A DNA stretch of 64,000 bases from Takakia lepidozioides (GCA_030704615.1 CM060734.1:23188001-23252000), one strand, 5' to 3'. Numbered from the stretch's first letter, positions 34,097 to 47,610 are shown. The notes: a model not told the origin generated them from the letters alone. Program-made: numbers and translations.

Positions 34097-37000
34097 GGAA
34101 AGGTGGACGTGCTTGAGGGATCGCAGGAATCCAAAGAGCCGCAGGAAGAGTCCGAGGAGCTAGCTGCAGCACGTACACCCACCCGATCCCCGAGCGCGGG
34201 TACTCCTGCCGGGCCTAGCCCTCTGCGATTCAAAGACGCGTCTTCGAAGGGCAAGTTCAAAGTCTCAGAGATTGACTCGCGTTCTTCGATCATGGAGAAT
34301 CGCCAGCAGGGGTCGGGCCCTTCTCCAGCAAAGTCGAAGAAGAAGCAGCCCGTCCCTCTACTGGCTTCTGAACCGGCTCAGGCCGATTCACCCCCCCAAC
34401 GCGAATGAAGCAGCAGGGTAGAAGACAGATTCTATTGCAGCAGACACCTTCACCTGCAAGGATGAGGAAGCAGAAGGCAATCAGGGCGACGGCCGAACAA
34501 TCTCCCCCAAAACCGCTTCCACGAGCTGAAGCTCAGTTCCTGGAGGATTCCCGCCTGCAGATGTTGGGGCCGACTCTGCTGACAGCGAAGGCAATGGGAT
34601 CGACCGTTGATCTCGATTTGGTACCGGAGGAGGGTGCTGCCGCTGAACGTTCGCAGGCAGACCTCACCACCGATGAGCTAGCAGGCCCGGAGGAGGCCTC
34701 TGCAGTGGCAGAATTGCCCGCACACAGGCCCCAGAGTGCAGCTCCAGTTGAGGATGCTCCACCTGCTCAGCCACTACCGGCACCTACAGACATGTCTCCG
34801 GAGGATTTCAAAAGTGCAGCGGATAAAATGTTGGAGGAGACACACAGTAGCATTGGCAGAGTTCTGGGCAGCAGGGTATTCCAGCGGACTCTTCGAATCC
34901 CACTCTGTCGCATGGTCTCCCTTCCCATCGTCAGGCAGGCCCTTCCCGGAGATGTGGATAAGCTCAAGTTCGCATTTCGAGAAGGGTACCGTCTGGGATC
35001 GGCAGCGTTTTACGTTTCCATAGAGAATGAGGACGGCGAAACCCGTGGACCCACTGCCGATGAATTGTCAACGTGGGATACCCACTGGCACACTCGCAAC
35101 CACGAATTCGAGGCGACGCTGAAGGGTGATCCCGACTTCGGCCATATGTCGGGAAAAATGTTCTTTGTGTGGGACGGGAATCACCGACTTCTCGCCTGGT
35201 GGGAGTACATCAAGCAGAACCATGCAAGCACATTGGCTGGCATTACATGGTGGAGTGTGTCATCCTCAAGGTGAAGGCGGCAGACTCCTCCCTCCTCAAG
35301 AATGCCATGGCGGACCTCAACTCGTAAGATACTCATACCCTCCCTAGCACATTCGAAATGCGGTGCCGCATTTCGGTTTCCATTCTGGTTTGATTCCGTG
35401 CTTCCGTGTACTGAACTGGAGAGTGTGCCTTGCAGGGTCACTGAGAATGCGTACGTGCATACCCACATGGCACATATGCTGTACAGGGTGAGGAAAACTG
35501 GTCTTACTGATCCGCAGATGTTTGCGGAAATGCTGGAGCCGGAGCTCATTCAGAAAGCCGTTGCAAAAACAGACCGGACATGGTATCGTCTCACTATGGA
35601 TGGAATGGTGGAGGTGATATACGAAGTAAGTCGTGCTCCAATTTCCCTCTGCTCATCCTTCCCCAATTTCCAGTAATCTTTCCACATGAATCGAATGTAA
35701 CGCTTTGCATGTTTTTGTTGGCAGTCAAACATCAAGCTGGATTTGGCCCATGCCAAACGCTTCTTCATGGAAAGTGAGGGGCAGGTCAAAACGTTGCAGT
35801 CATTGACTGAGCACTTGAAGGAAGCCGGTGTCAAGTCCAGAACCAAATACAAGTCAAAGCTTGTGAAGCTGGTGGCAATTGCAGATCCGGCACTTGGAAA
35901 GGACTTCATCCCCGAGATTGCAAAACACTATTCTCGGGCCATGCAGCCGACCATGCAATTGGAGAAACTGCATCACCTCTCAACGGCATGTGTGGAGGCG
36001 AAAGAGAAGGTGAGGTTTCAATGCACTGAATTTCCTTCCTAGCAATAGCCACTCTCTTCCAGCCACTGACATTGGATCGGAAATGGCAGACACGGTGGCT
36101 GTCGATCTGGAATGCATCCGAGAGCATAAGGACAATGTGGTCTTTTCCACTGGAAGTTTCCGACCCTGCAGTGGATGTGTGGCTCAACCGTATGACTTGG
36201 TGGTTCCAGGTAATTCAAGGTACTTCCCCAGATTTGCTTTTCTGACATGAATTCCCTGAACTGCTACGTGACAATGCATTTGGGAATGGCAGGTAATGTC
36301 GAATGCAAAGGAGCAAGTCGTAATGCACACAAATTCGTTTGGCTTGTACGTCAAATGGGATGGAACACAGACATTGGAAGACTACGTGACACGTTTCAGA
36401 TGTGCGTACAAGGACAACCTTTTCGCCAGAGAGCTACAGACAGCAAGAAGGAGCGTGGAGTTTACACATCAGGAGGGAGCGGGGAAAGCTGCAATGCGAA
36501 TTGTTTACAGGTGAAGCACAGCTGCCCTTGTATGCGAAGCCTGGTTACGAGGTTTGTCTCGGAAATGCGGCACCGCATTCGCATTTTATGTTTTCGGTGG
36601 CACTCTGCCAGTAGGTTGGTCTCAAGTTTTGCTCACGCATGCTGACTGCCTTGCAGGTATATGAAATACGTGCTCCTTCAGACAGGGCCCTGGCTCAAGA
36701 GCCCCGTTCTTCATGGCTTGGACCGTGGCGGGCCCAAGCTGTGTCTACACACCCGAGATGCAGAAACAATGGCATCCCGCGCATCTCGTTGGATGCCCGT
36801 GGTACCTGGACATGTCTGGCGGTATTGTTGACGAGTCTGAGAAAGATCTGCACGCCTTGGCAGAAGAGAAGAGAAAGGAAAGACGTGTCCCTGCTGGGCC
36901 AAAGTCGGCAAAGGAATCTGCTGCTCTGGAAGAATCCAGAAAGGCAGCTGAGATGGCACAAAAGACGGTGGATGCAGCTGTGCAGGCCCAATAGAAGGGG

Positions 37001-39007
37001 TCGAAGAAGAGGACTCGCCAGCAAGGAGCAGCTGTTGTGACACCCGCCAAAACGAAGAAGCAGAAACAGCCTGTTCAGGAAGAGGGTGAGGAAGAGGACT
37101 CCGATGGAGACTTTGCAACCAGCCCACCCCCCAAACGCAGGCTGCCTCCCCTGTGCCCACCGTTGTCACCTAGAGGCACGAGAACTGGCTCGGCAAAGAA
37201 GGCACTCTTCAACCCCCCAGGGGGGCACCCTTTCGAGCCGGTGGAAATGAAGAGGCCGAAAGTGGCTCCCGAAACTGTAGTCCAGTGTGTAAATGAGAGT
37301 TTCTTGGCGGCTTTGGATGGACGGGCAGCCAAGTTGGCATACATGAAGACCATGGAGGGTCTGAAGGGCAGAGCACTGAAGAAGGCGACTGCCGAAGAGC
37401 CTTCCGACACCCCAGGATTTCAGAATATGGTCTCGTTCTTTGAGAGGGTGTGTGCAGACAAGGATTGTAGGAGGGGCGGAAATGCCACCGAGTGGTCTTG
37501 CGATATGATCATCTTGGATATTCCGGACGGAGAGCCTGTGGAAGGACTGCAAGCTTTGCCATCTTGGAACAGGTACTCGGAGGACTTTTGGAAGAAAGGA
37601 TTCGGGCTTGCCCGCATGGTGTTGGACGACAGAGGCTGTGTGGTTGTCCTGGCGAGCAGAGGAAAAAACACTCAGACAAGAATTGCGAAGTGGACCCGCA
37701 AGAGCGCCGTCCCGATTCTGAAAAAGAAGTGGACGTGCATCAACACACTGGGCCTTCGGTCGGAAGGGAAGAAGGTGATTACGACACTGGCACTCGTCCA
37801 TTCATTTGCTTGGGTGCTTTCAAATGCGGTGCCGCATTCGGTTTCTAATCGTTTTCCCCCTGTGTATGCAGACGAAGCAGTTCGATGCATACTGCTTTGT
37901 GAAGAGAACTCCACCTTTGCTTTCCGGAAGGAGGGAGGAAAGGTTGACCCGAACTGCGACCCACTCGATTACGACGTTCTGTTCAACAACGTTCCCAAGG
38001 AACTTCTCCCTCATAGCCTCACTTCAACGGAACCCCTGCGGTACTCACGGACTCGGAGCCCTGCCTTCATTCAGACAATTATGGAGACATGCACAGACGT
38101 GGAGGGCACAGTGCTGGACCTCATCTGTGGGACAGGTATGCAGAATCTTGATCTCTGCTGTTCTGCAAATTCTCGTTAGGATGTAGTTCGCAACATCTGA
38201 AGCGCCATGTGGTAATGTGTGGATGGCATTGTAACAGGTGCCTCAATGTGGGCTGGGCGGTTTTCCGACCGGCACCTCTTTGCCTACGAGGAGGATTCAT
38301 CCGTGTGGGGATCCCATCTGGAGGGGCTGCAACGGAATGTGAAGGCTCCCGACAGAGCGGAAGTCTCCTCGGATTCGTCGGAGTCCGAGGAAGACACAGT
38401 GGACATTGATGCAGAGGAGAACCCGGAATACGAGTGAGTGCAAACATTGTAAGTTTGCAAAGCCTTCTGGGTCATTTATGTCAAAGGAATTTCCCGACTG
38501 TGGTTCTCATTAGTCTCGTTGATGATTGTCATGTGCAGGATTGCAGGGTCCGGGTCGAAACATGTAGGGCCTACACTTCCTGCCAGGAAGAATGTCCCGT
38601 TCTTTGCGAGGGCCGACTTCATGACGAGCCCGGTGAGGGACTACTCCCTTCCTAGTTATGCAGCTAAACTCGCAAATACAGCGATTAGAAGAAGTGAGAA
38701 TCCCAGTAAAGTAGAGCAGATTTTGGAGAGGGCTAGGGAGGACAGAAGGATAAGGAAAGAGTTGGCAGCAGCTCAGACAGGTAGACGGGTACGAAAGTAC
38801 ATATGTGATTCAGCGGATGAGAGCGACGCAGACAGGGAGGAGGACGACCCAACGGAGGTGAGATGGACAGTTCCGCAAGGGGAAGATGGGATTTTCGAAA
38901 GCCTGGCCAACGAGCAGTCCGCTGGAGATGAGAGAGGCACTGAGGGGGTGGAGGAGGAGCAGGACAGTCTAGAACAGGATGAGGATTCCGATGATTTTCA
39001 AGATTAA
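34097..39007 (+). pseudogene. Multi-exon ParB/Srx-like + beta-class DNA methyltransferase gene (E2, contiguous)
   Basis: WDGNHR ~35170; DMIILDIPDG ~37505-37530; VLDLICGTG ~38110-38135; acidic last exon 38540-39007; several frameshifts. Confidence 0.78.
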
Positions 39008-39194
39008 TAGAATTTTAATGAAGTCTCTGTAAATGTAAATTCTCTTCCAGAGTATATAAAGAAAATTCTGCCCGACATTCGTGACCCCTCTCCAGTGTGC
39101 ATTCCAGCCACACAATCGCCCAAACCAGGACGCTCCCAAAATCAGAAATGGGTCAGAGCATTTCCAAAATTTTGGCAACTCTAAGAACCTCTTT

Positions 39195-39945
39195 TGGAAA
39201 TGCGGCACCGCATTTCCAAAATAGGGGAGGGACTAATTTTTCCATTTCAATGTTGGCATAGTAAAAAGTAATCTGAATTGGGAATGCGGTGCCGCATTTC
39301 CAAAATTTCCTTTGTCCACACGCCAGTTTTGGCCTCTCCCGCTCATTGCATGGATGCCACCACGCTTACAGAGGTCGAACAAGGAGGTCGAACAAGGAGG
39401 CCGACATGGCGGGATTGGAAATGCGGTGCCGCATTTCCATATTGGGGATGGTGGTTGTTCGAACTGCAGACCCATCAGCAAAAACTGGCACCGCATTCCA
39501 TTGTAAAAAAAAAATCGATGACGGACATGGAAATGCGGCGCCGCATTTCCAGAACGGACATCGCAATTTGTCAATTTGCAGACCCTCTCTCGGAAATGCG
39601 GTAACGCATTCCATCGCGCTGGTCGGAAATAGGTGCACTTTTCGAAGTGTTGGACGGAAATGCGGCACCGCATTCCCTTGTCCAAAAAGAAGTTTCCATT
39701 GCCAAGCTGGAAATGCGTCGCCGCATTTGCAATGCCAACCTCGTTTTCTGATCAATTTATAGACCCGTGTTGGTATTTCGTGTACCTGGACGGAAATGAT
39801 GCACCGCATTTTCTTGTCCGACATGGAAATGCGGTGCCGAATTTCGATGTCCGACATGGAAATGCGGTGCCGCATTTCGATGTCCGACATAGAAATGCTG
39901 TGCCGCATTTCGATGCGGACATGGAAATGCGGCACCGCATTTCGA
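39195..39945. repeat. Palindrome cluster of E2, including a 32-33-bp period run
   Basis: Motif starts at 39792, 39825, 39858, 39891 and 39923, plus ~8 dispersed copies. Confidence 0.9.
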
Positions 39946-40235
39946 TCCCGACATGGCGTTACTCTGGTATATTCTTGACACATGACTCACATACCGGTTA
40001 CTCTGCTTTATTCAACCAGACAGACAAATTGTAGAAATGAGACATCAAATTGTAAACAGTGGGCCAAATCCGAGAGTTATTCAACACAATGAAACACAGT
40101 CATACAGAAGTGAGGTACATTCCAGGGCACACTCCAGGGCACATTTAAATTTCCCCCGTACAGGATCCTGGACCGATGAAGATTGGCTGCTGCATGAATG
40201 TAGCCGTTTCAGTTTCCTACCCTGCCATGCAAACT

Positions 40236-41132
40236 ATGGGCAGTCACTGCCAGGTGGGCCGATAGCCACTGGACATGACGAAGTCCATCCCCTCTTCGAT
40301 GTAAATGCGGCGCCGAATTTCCATCCGGGGGGATGGACTTCGGTGGCAGATCTCAAACTATAACTTGTTGATGAGAAAGATGTATGGGTTCATCCACCGC
40401 TGGCGTGATGAACACGTTCCACCTCCGTCGGTGGGTACGTGTGACCCAGATGCTCCATTTTGGAGGCCAGACTGCTCTCCCGCTTCGTATCTTTTCCAAA
40501 ATCTAAGGGCTTCGTAGCTGTCCGCAAGGTCATCGGCATCCAAGTCGTCCTCAGGTCCTCCTTTGCAAGGATGCCGTGCTTCCGGAACCGGACGACTGCC
40601 CCTTTGGAGGCATCGATTATGCAATGTATTCGGCCACATCGGGAGACATTGTTATCTGGTACACAGATTACACAGAAGATACTGGTTCGATTGTGGAAAC
40701 ATTGGTGGCTTTTGAGTATATCGTAGGCCACTACGCCTTCGAGCGGGGTGACGATCTTGGTTTGAGGAGTCCGTGGCTCCTGCGCATCCTCGATTCCGAT
40801 TTTCCCAGCTACGACGGTCACCCATGCAGAAGAAGGCGCACTGCTATGTTGTTGCGGTGGAACTGCTGCCACTGGACGTGGGTGGACTCCATCGGAGAGA
40901 CCTATTCTCCTCGAGGAGTGCGCTCCTCTTCTCCATTGTATGGGGACATTCGCATTGGTGTGGACGACGAAAACGTGAAGATTTCCATATTCGATGGTGG
41001 TATGATTGAAGGGCAGGACATGTGGCGAACATCACTAGGGGCGGTACAACGGCTGCAATCGACTTTACATGGAGGAGCCCCAGGACTCATGAGCTAGTTC
41101 TGAGAGCAGTCGAAGTCCCATTGACAACGTGA
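40236..41132 (+). pseudogene. Orphan cargo protein paralogue A (E2, contiguous, frameshifted)
   Basis: ORFs 40460..40726 and 40576..41097; AATAAA ~41216 downstream. Confidence 0.72.
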
Positions 41133-41514
41133 CTTGTATTCAGTAGGCACAGGGCTCAAGATTTGAGGGCACAATCAGCACAGTAGACGTGCTTCAAATG
41201 CAATTCATGTGGATCAATAAAAACCTCATTGTGCCCTCTTTTTATTCTATTCTGTGTCCATTGTTCCGAGAATGCGTCATTGCTCATTTCGTTTGGGATT
41301 GGGAGTGTGGGTGAATTTTGCAAATGGCTGGTAGGCTGAAATGGGCCCCCATTGTACAGAGCAGTACCACCCTACCATTCGCGAAACATTGCCTTTCAAT
41401 ATATAATTCTAAATAACATTGCCGAACCTCCTTCATCGGGAGGTCCTTCTCCCCCTATGACCGTGGCACCCTAAACCCTATTCCCGCGGACACTCATTTC
41501 CGGAAAATAGTGCT

Positions 41515-41595
41515 GCTCATGTTTTTTTCCACACTTACGACTCTGCTCATGGCTCATGCCGCTCATGGCTCATGGCTCATGAAATAGCAGCCCCC
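41515..41595 (-). repeat. E2 right terminal inverted repeat
   Basis: Near-identical to 18085-18164. Confidence 0.88.
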
Positions 41596-43300
41596 CATTG
41601 GGAGCTGTGTTAGCCCAAAATATCACAGGAAACATAGATTCACCTGTGTACTATGCTAGCAGGTTATTGAACAGTGCTGAAAGGAACTATAGCACCACTG
41701 AAAGAGAAGCATTGACAGTGATTTATGCAGTTAAGAAATTCAGGCATTACCTATTGGGAAGGAAGTTTATGTTTTATGTGGATCATCAGGCTTTGATTTA
41801 TCTGGTGAACAAGCCTTTGATAAGTGGCAGGATAGCAAGATGGTTAATAATCTTGCACGAGTTTGAATTCGAAGTTGTTTACAAGCATGGCCATTTGCAT
41901 CTTGTGGCAGATCACTTGTCATGCCTATCAACAGGAGAGCCCGCCACGGGAGTAGACGACCAACTACCTGATGCGAGTCTATTTGCAGTGGAGGTGCAAG
42001 GAAGTGCAGATGATTGGTTAGATTGGCAGTGGCCAATTAGATACTACCTTACTCATGGTCGGTACCCACCCAGTTATGGGAAGGAACAGAGGAAGAGAAT
42101 AGCTATCAAGGCTTTACCTTACACTATGATAGGTGACAGATTATATAAACTAGGACCTGATGGAGTTCTGAAACGATGCTTGTACCACCATGAAGTAAAT
42201 AAAGTTTTGGAGGAAGTTCATAAGGGAGTGGCTGGAGGTCATTTTGGAGAGGAGACTACCAGTAGGAAGATACTACTTGCAGGTTACTGGTGGTCTACTT
42301 TGTTCAAAGATGTGCACAGGTATTGCAAGAGTTGTGATGAGTGTCAGAGGCTAGGACCTTTGCAAAGATTGGGGAAGATGGCTTTGCATCCGACGATGCC
42401 TACTGAACCATTTCAGAAATAGGGACTAGACTTTGTTGGACCAATAAACCCACCAGCCAGAAATACACATAACAAGTATATAATCACAGCCATTGATTAT
42501 ACTACAAAGTAGGTGGAAACTAAAGCTCTGAGGGATAACACAGCTAAGTCCACAGCAAGGTTCCTGTATGAGAACATACTTACAAGATTTGGCTGTCCCC
42601 TGGAATTTATTAGTGACCAGGGAAGTCACTTCATTAACAAGACTATAGAACTATTGACTAAAGAGTTCATGATTGTGCACGGGAAAAGTACAACCTATTA
42701 CCCACAGGGTAATGGGCAAGTAGAGGCCACAAACAAAATACTATGCACTATCTTGGCTAAGATGTCAATGCAAACAGAACAGATTGGGATACAAAGCTTC
42801 TGACAGCTTTGTGGTCATACATAACTTCATATAAAGTCACAACCAAGTATACACCATTCCAATTAGTTTATGGTATGGAAGCTTTACTTCCAGTGGAATT
42901 CTTGTTACCTACCATGAGAACTGAATGGGGAAGGAGAATGGAATTGGAAGATTCAATTAAAGTCAGGAAACATGAATTATATCATGTGGAAGAAGTACGT
43001 GTTGATGCAGCAGATAACATGACCAGAATTCAGATGAAGAGGAAGGATCAATTTGATGAAGGTAAACTAAAAACTTTTAAGACGGGTGATTTGGTTCTAT
43101 GGTTGTAGAAGAAGGGAAAGATTAAAACTTCTAAGTTTAAGTCACCATGGAAAGGGCCTTATGTCATACAGAAGATGTATGATAACAACACAGCCATGTT
43201 ACAAACCATTAACAAAGAGATGCTGGGAAGAGTCAATGCCAATAAGTTGAAGGGATACAGTGGTATCCATGACAAACCATTGCAGCATGATTTGCATGTT
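41596..43300 (+). pseudogene. Gypsy G2 pol (RNase H, integrase)
   Basis: ORFs 41598..42422, 42513..42803 and 42809..43108, close to G1; WKGPY motif; in-frame stops. Confidence 0.93.
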
Positions 43301-44028
43301 GAAACACAGAAACAGTCACGGGCTGCACCGATGATACCAACAGAGCATGAAGCACTTGTCGTAAAGCCAAATGTGTATGGTCTGAGCGGAGAACACGGGT
43401 GTTCGCACAGCTATCACAGCCCATCACAACATCACACAGCCTATCACAGTTTATCACAGTTTAACACAACCTGTCACAGCCCAACACAGCCTACGCGGGT
43501 TGCACAGTCCATAGGGTCAGTGACAGGTGGACGCAGGTTAACGTCAGATAAGTGGCCAGCAAGTGAAGGGACAACTTGGAAGTCAAACTCGGAGAATGTG
43601 CTACGCGGACAAGGGAAGACGGGGGCATGTACGTGGCCACTAAGGCAAAGCACACCGCGGTGCATATATTGCAAAAGTGGGTGTCATCATGCAAGAGGAC
43701 AAACTGGGCCATCAAAGTACCTACCCGGTACATCAACCAAAACTATTTGTGGGCCCATTAATGCATTCAGGGCAAAGGTAACGGAACCCTTTACGTGTAC
43801 ATCAAAGAAGGACCTTTGCCACATGTGCTGTCCTAGTGGACATTCCAGGTGGGAATGTCCACTGAGGGGGGTAAAATTAAGAAGTTACCCAAGGAGGCAA
43901 CAACCAATCAGGAGCGAGAATTTCATGCAGGTGGTTCCCTCCAAGAAACAAGAACAAGAAATTAGAAGAGTTAAGAGCGGAAGAGTCGGGGTGGCTCCGA
44001 ATAACCAGCGTCTCGATGGGAGGGGCAA

Positions 44029-44649
44029 TCAATGCTGCCCCTCCAATCCACCTTCACCATGTGAAGAGCCCTGCTCCTCAATTGCAGTGGTTGTTGTCTC
44101 AAACACTCCCATCTCCTTACGTTCTCGCGCATCAAGTATGCAAGAATCAAGGATAATTTGCACAATTATTGGGCCAGACACTATGATCGGAGACTTAGCA
44201 ACAGTGCCTTGTAACCGCTTCATCTCTTCCACCATACCATTGTACATCAACTCCGCCCAAGCTACATCCTCTCCCCTCAAAGTTTTCAGTATCTCCTCTG
44301 TGAATGATCTGCTCAAGTACTGTTGGTTTTGTTTCATGGCAAACAAAATGTTCAGGATTTGGCCAACTTCTCTTAGCCCTGGGTACTCGGCCTTGGTGCA
44401 GGTGTATCCTTGAGTCTTAAAGAAACTCCCTTCTTGGAACAAATTCCCTATCAGCAATCTTGCCCTGTGCTCATCCACATCCACATGACCCGATGGCAAA
44501 TCGAACAATTGCTTCAAGTGCTGGGGAGTAATTTCTATATCTACTCCCCTCACCTGGGTAACTCCTGTCCGAGGCTCAAAGTTCTGAACAAATTGAATCA
44601 TATACTTCCGATGATGCAAAGACCAGTCCTTGCATAGCAGCCCTTCCAA
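44029..44649 (-). CDS. Antisense accessory ORF in the G2 3' region, resembling plant retrotransposon-associated proteins
   Basis: 206-aa ORF; FVQNF..VRGVDIEITPQHLKQLFDLP; a diverged homologous fragment occurs at 52811-52900. Confidence 0.5.
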   Translation of the reverse strand: MEGLLCKDWSLHHRKYMIQFVQNFEPRTGVTQVRGVDIEITPQHLKQLFDLPSGHVDVDEHRARLLIGNLFQEGSFFKTQGYTCTKAEYPGLREVGQILNILFAMKQNQQYLSRSFTEEILKTLRGEDVAWAELMYNGMVEEMKRLQGTVAKSPIIVSGPIIVQIILDSCILDARERKEMGVFETTTTAIEEQGSSHGEGGLEGQH

Positions 44650-45003
44650 TCACAACTCCTTCAGCAGCTGCACTGCCTATGGTGTAGCAATTGTTTGCTT
44701 CTGCAGAATCGTGGTGCTCTTCACCCTGATATCCTCCATTCCCCTAACTCTCTTCATCCCAGACAAACAAGAAGGCCTTGTTTGAAACAGCTGTAGGAAA
44801 ACTTGCAGGGCATAGAGCATAAAGGTATGGTTGGCACAGAATGGAATGGGTAAGTGCGTGTAAGCCTGTGGGGCTTGCAGATAGTGGGTGAGAGAGAATG
44901 TTCTTTCAACCCATCCGTCCTTGCGCCACTGCATGAGAAGTAAGGCTAATGTGTAGTCTGTAATATCCGCCATAGCTACAAAGCTATAGCTTTGTAGCGG
45001 GAT

Positions 45004-45870
45004 ATGACTGTGGCAGACCCACTAGCTTCAAGGAAACCACAAGATGATGTTTCCATAGCGCTTGTGCAGGATGAGGAGCAGCAGCACAGGGTGCTGGAAG
45101 CACGGCCTTTGGAGAGGGAGGAAGAAGTCACCTCGATACCACAACCACCACAGCCAGATGACTCAGTTGTTCCAGGGGTCACTCAGTTAGTCCATGCTGT
45201 TACACCAGAGCCTATTGCTGTGGAAGGAGAAGGGTTGGACATTCCCACTACAGAGCAGGTAGTGGCAGAAATTGAGAAGGGTGACCTTCTCTATGAAAAC
45301 TCTGGCTTGGTCAGGGAACCAATGGTACCCGAGATGCAGAGTTTGTCCAAGCAAGTCCCTGTTGTGCATGTGATACCTGAACCTGTGGCGGAGGTTCCAG
45401 GGGTAGAATGTAAGGGCACTGCAACACCTGTGGAGAATGAGGCCGTTCAGGAAGAAGATCTTGTGGGAACATGGCCTGAATGGTTGGTGAAACATCACAC
45501 TGTGGAGAATCAGGGGGACTATCAACAAGTTTCCCATGAAGACCCACAATAGGCCATGCTTATGAGTTCCATAAGCATGATACTCAATTTGTTGGGCACT
45601 TATGTGAAATCCCATGTTCCATCTACACAATTGGCAGCTTTGAGGGAGGAACTCAAGCAGGAGTTTGAGGCTAGAATTGCCACCGAGTGTGCAAACAAGG
45701 TGGATGTGGAGGCCAACCTCAAGTTGCAGAAAGAATTGGAGGACACGAAGGCTGCCCTGCAGCTGGCAAAGGGGAATCTAATTGAAGCGGGTCTGGAGCA
45801 GGAGAAGTTGCATGAAGCACATAAGCAACAACTATATCAATTGCAGGTGAAGCATGAGGGCAAGTTGTAG
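45004..45870 (+). pseudogene. Accessory acidic/coiled-coil ORF in the G2 3' region
   Basis: Two in-frame ORFs split by one stop at 45550-45552. Confidence 0.45.
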
Positions 45871-46689
45871 GAAGTGAACGTGCTACATACAGAGTTGGAG
45901 GCAGTTCATCAGAAAATGATCATCCATTGCCACGGTATCAACAGGGTCAGCCACCTGCACAGCCACCTGCTGTGGGGGCTATGATATTGCCGCCACTGCC
46001 CCTCCTACTACTGGCAACTCCTGCACCTCCTGCGAAGAAGACTGAAAAATCAGAGTCCTGGCATGCAAATAAGTAGCCACCAACTGCTCCTCAGGAACAA
46101 AGACTCTTTTGTCAATATTGGAACTCAGGTCATCCACTTGAGTCTGCAGGCCTTCCACATCATCCTATAACTCCGCTATCCTACTATAGACATCGTCTAT
46201 AGTAGTTGTGGCAACGTTCTCCACCTGCAATCTGAGATCATTCATCTGCCCCTGAGTGAGCTTTCGTGGTGCCTTCCCTTCCACCGGCCCTTGTGTTAAC
46301 CATACTTGCATAAGATGATTATCCACCAAGTCCTGTGTAACACCCCTGAGAGTCTGCTCCTCCTTGAGTCTGTACACATCTAACTGCTATTGTAAAGCCT
46401 CCATGCGCTTCGCATGAGGTTCAACCACGGCCGCATATGTAGCAACCAGATTATTGGTTTCCTTCCAAGCCTTGTTAGCCACAGAGAGTTTATTCTTGTG
46501 ACCCGTGAGCGTTTGTTGCAACTTCAGGATGTACCTTTCCTTCTCAACCTCAACCCTGACTGTACTATTGGAAAGTATCCTCATTGCGATTGATAGTAGC
46601 CTTCAAATCAGCAATGAGTTTCCCTTGCTCTACCACAATCTGAAGTTTAGGGGGATGCTGCTTTTAACCCACCTAGGACTCCTGTTGCA

Positions 46690-47610
46690 TTGGAGTACAA
46701 TCGGGCTATGATTATGCCCTTCAACCAAATTCCCATTGTGATGGATTTGGCTTGGAAGGAATTTAGTCCTCCACAGTCTTTGGCACATTATTATCAGATC
46801 ATGCACATTTGGTTGCCAGTGACAACTCGGACTAAGGTTCTTCCGAACAATCGACCCATTGAGGATCATCATATTGCAAGGTACTGGTCTGAGGCAGGCA
46901 CCATGTTGAAGGACTTAATTGCCTTCCAGGTTGTTCATGGGTACATCTACACCAAGACCAAGGAAGTATCTAGTATTGTCATGGGCTGTGGATTCTACTA
47001 TGCTGCTTGTTTCATTGCGCGTTATCACATTGAGCAGCAGAAGATGCAATCACGATTTCTGAGTTATTCCAGTGGGGATCATTGGGTCTTACCTTCAGTT
47101 CCACCTCATATGTATCTGTATGAAGCGAAAGTCATGATGCAGAAGGATTCCCAACTTCGTTCATGGTTTAATTTGGCTTGGAACAACTTGGCCAAAGAGA
47201 AATTGGGCCCTGATGATATTTTCTATAAGGGACATGAAGCCTGGAAATACTTACACTGTTCCAAAGTCATTGGCATACCTCTTACCTATACGGCCAAGGA
47301 GTTCAGGGAGTTCACACATTTTGCTTGCAAGCGATTAAAGCAAGTGGTACAGTTTAAGCTTCCAGACATGGTGGAACCTTTTGACATGGCGGAGGACTAT
47401 GCACTCCAAATGGCAGAGAAGAAACGACGGGGATCTCCTATGCTTGAGAGGTTACCTTGTTATCAACCACAGGATTTCCATTTGGTGCTCAATCGCCTCC
47501 ATCAGCCAGTGACAGGGCTCGAGCTCGCACACAGAGCCCTTCAAGAGACTCTCACCGACAAAAGGGTGCTCGCTCACAAAGGTTTGCTGATCCTAAACAA
47601 TAAACCGTGA
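46690..47610 (+). CDS. Accessory ORF of unknown function ending just before the G2 PPT
   Basis: 306-aa open frame with globular composition. Confidence 0.5.
   Translation: MEYNRAMIMPFNQIPIVMDLAWKEFSPPQSLAHYYQIMHIWLPVTTRTKVLPNNRPIEDHHIARYWSEAGTMLKDLIAFQVVHGYIYTKTKEVSSIVMGCGFYYAACFIARYHIEQQKMQSRFLSYSSGDHWVLPSVPPHMYLYEAKVMMQKDSQLRSWFNLAWNNLAKEKLGPDDIFYKGHEAWKYLHCSKVIGIPLTYTAKEFREFTHFACKRLKQVVQFKLPDMVEPFDMAEDYALQMAEKKRRGSPMLERLPCYQPQDFHLVLNRLHQPVTGLELAHRALQETLTDKRVLAHKGLLILNNKP

Larger units (their letters stand above)
33966..41595 (-). mobile_element. Mutator-like element E2, left-truncated (transposase and main array lost)
   Basis: Highly similar to E1 from 8841 onward; same right TIR ending AAATAGCAGCCCCC at 41595. 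Confidence 0.88.
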
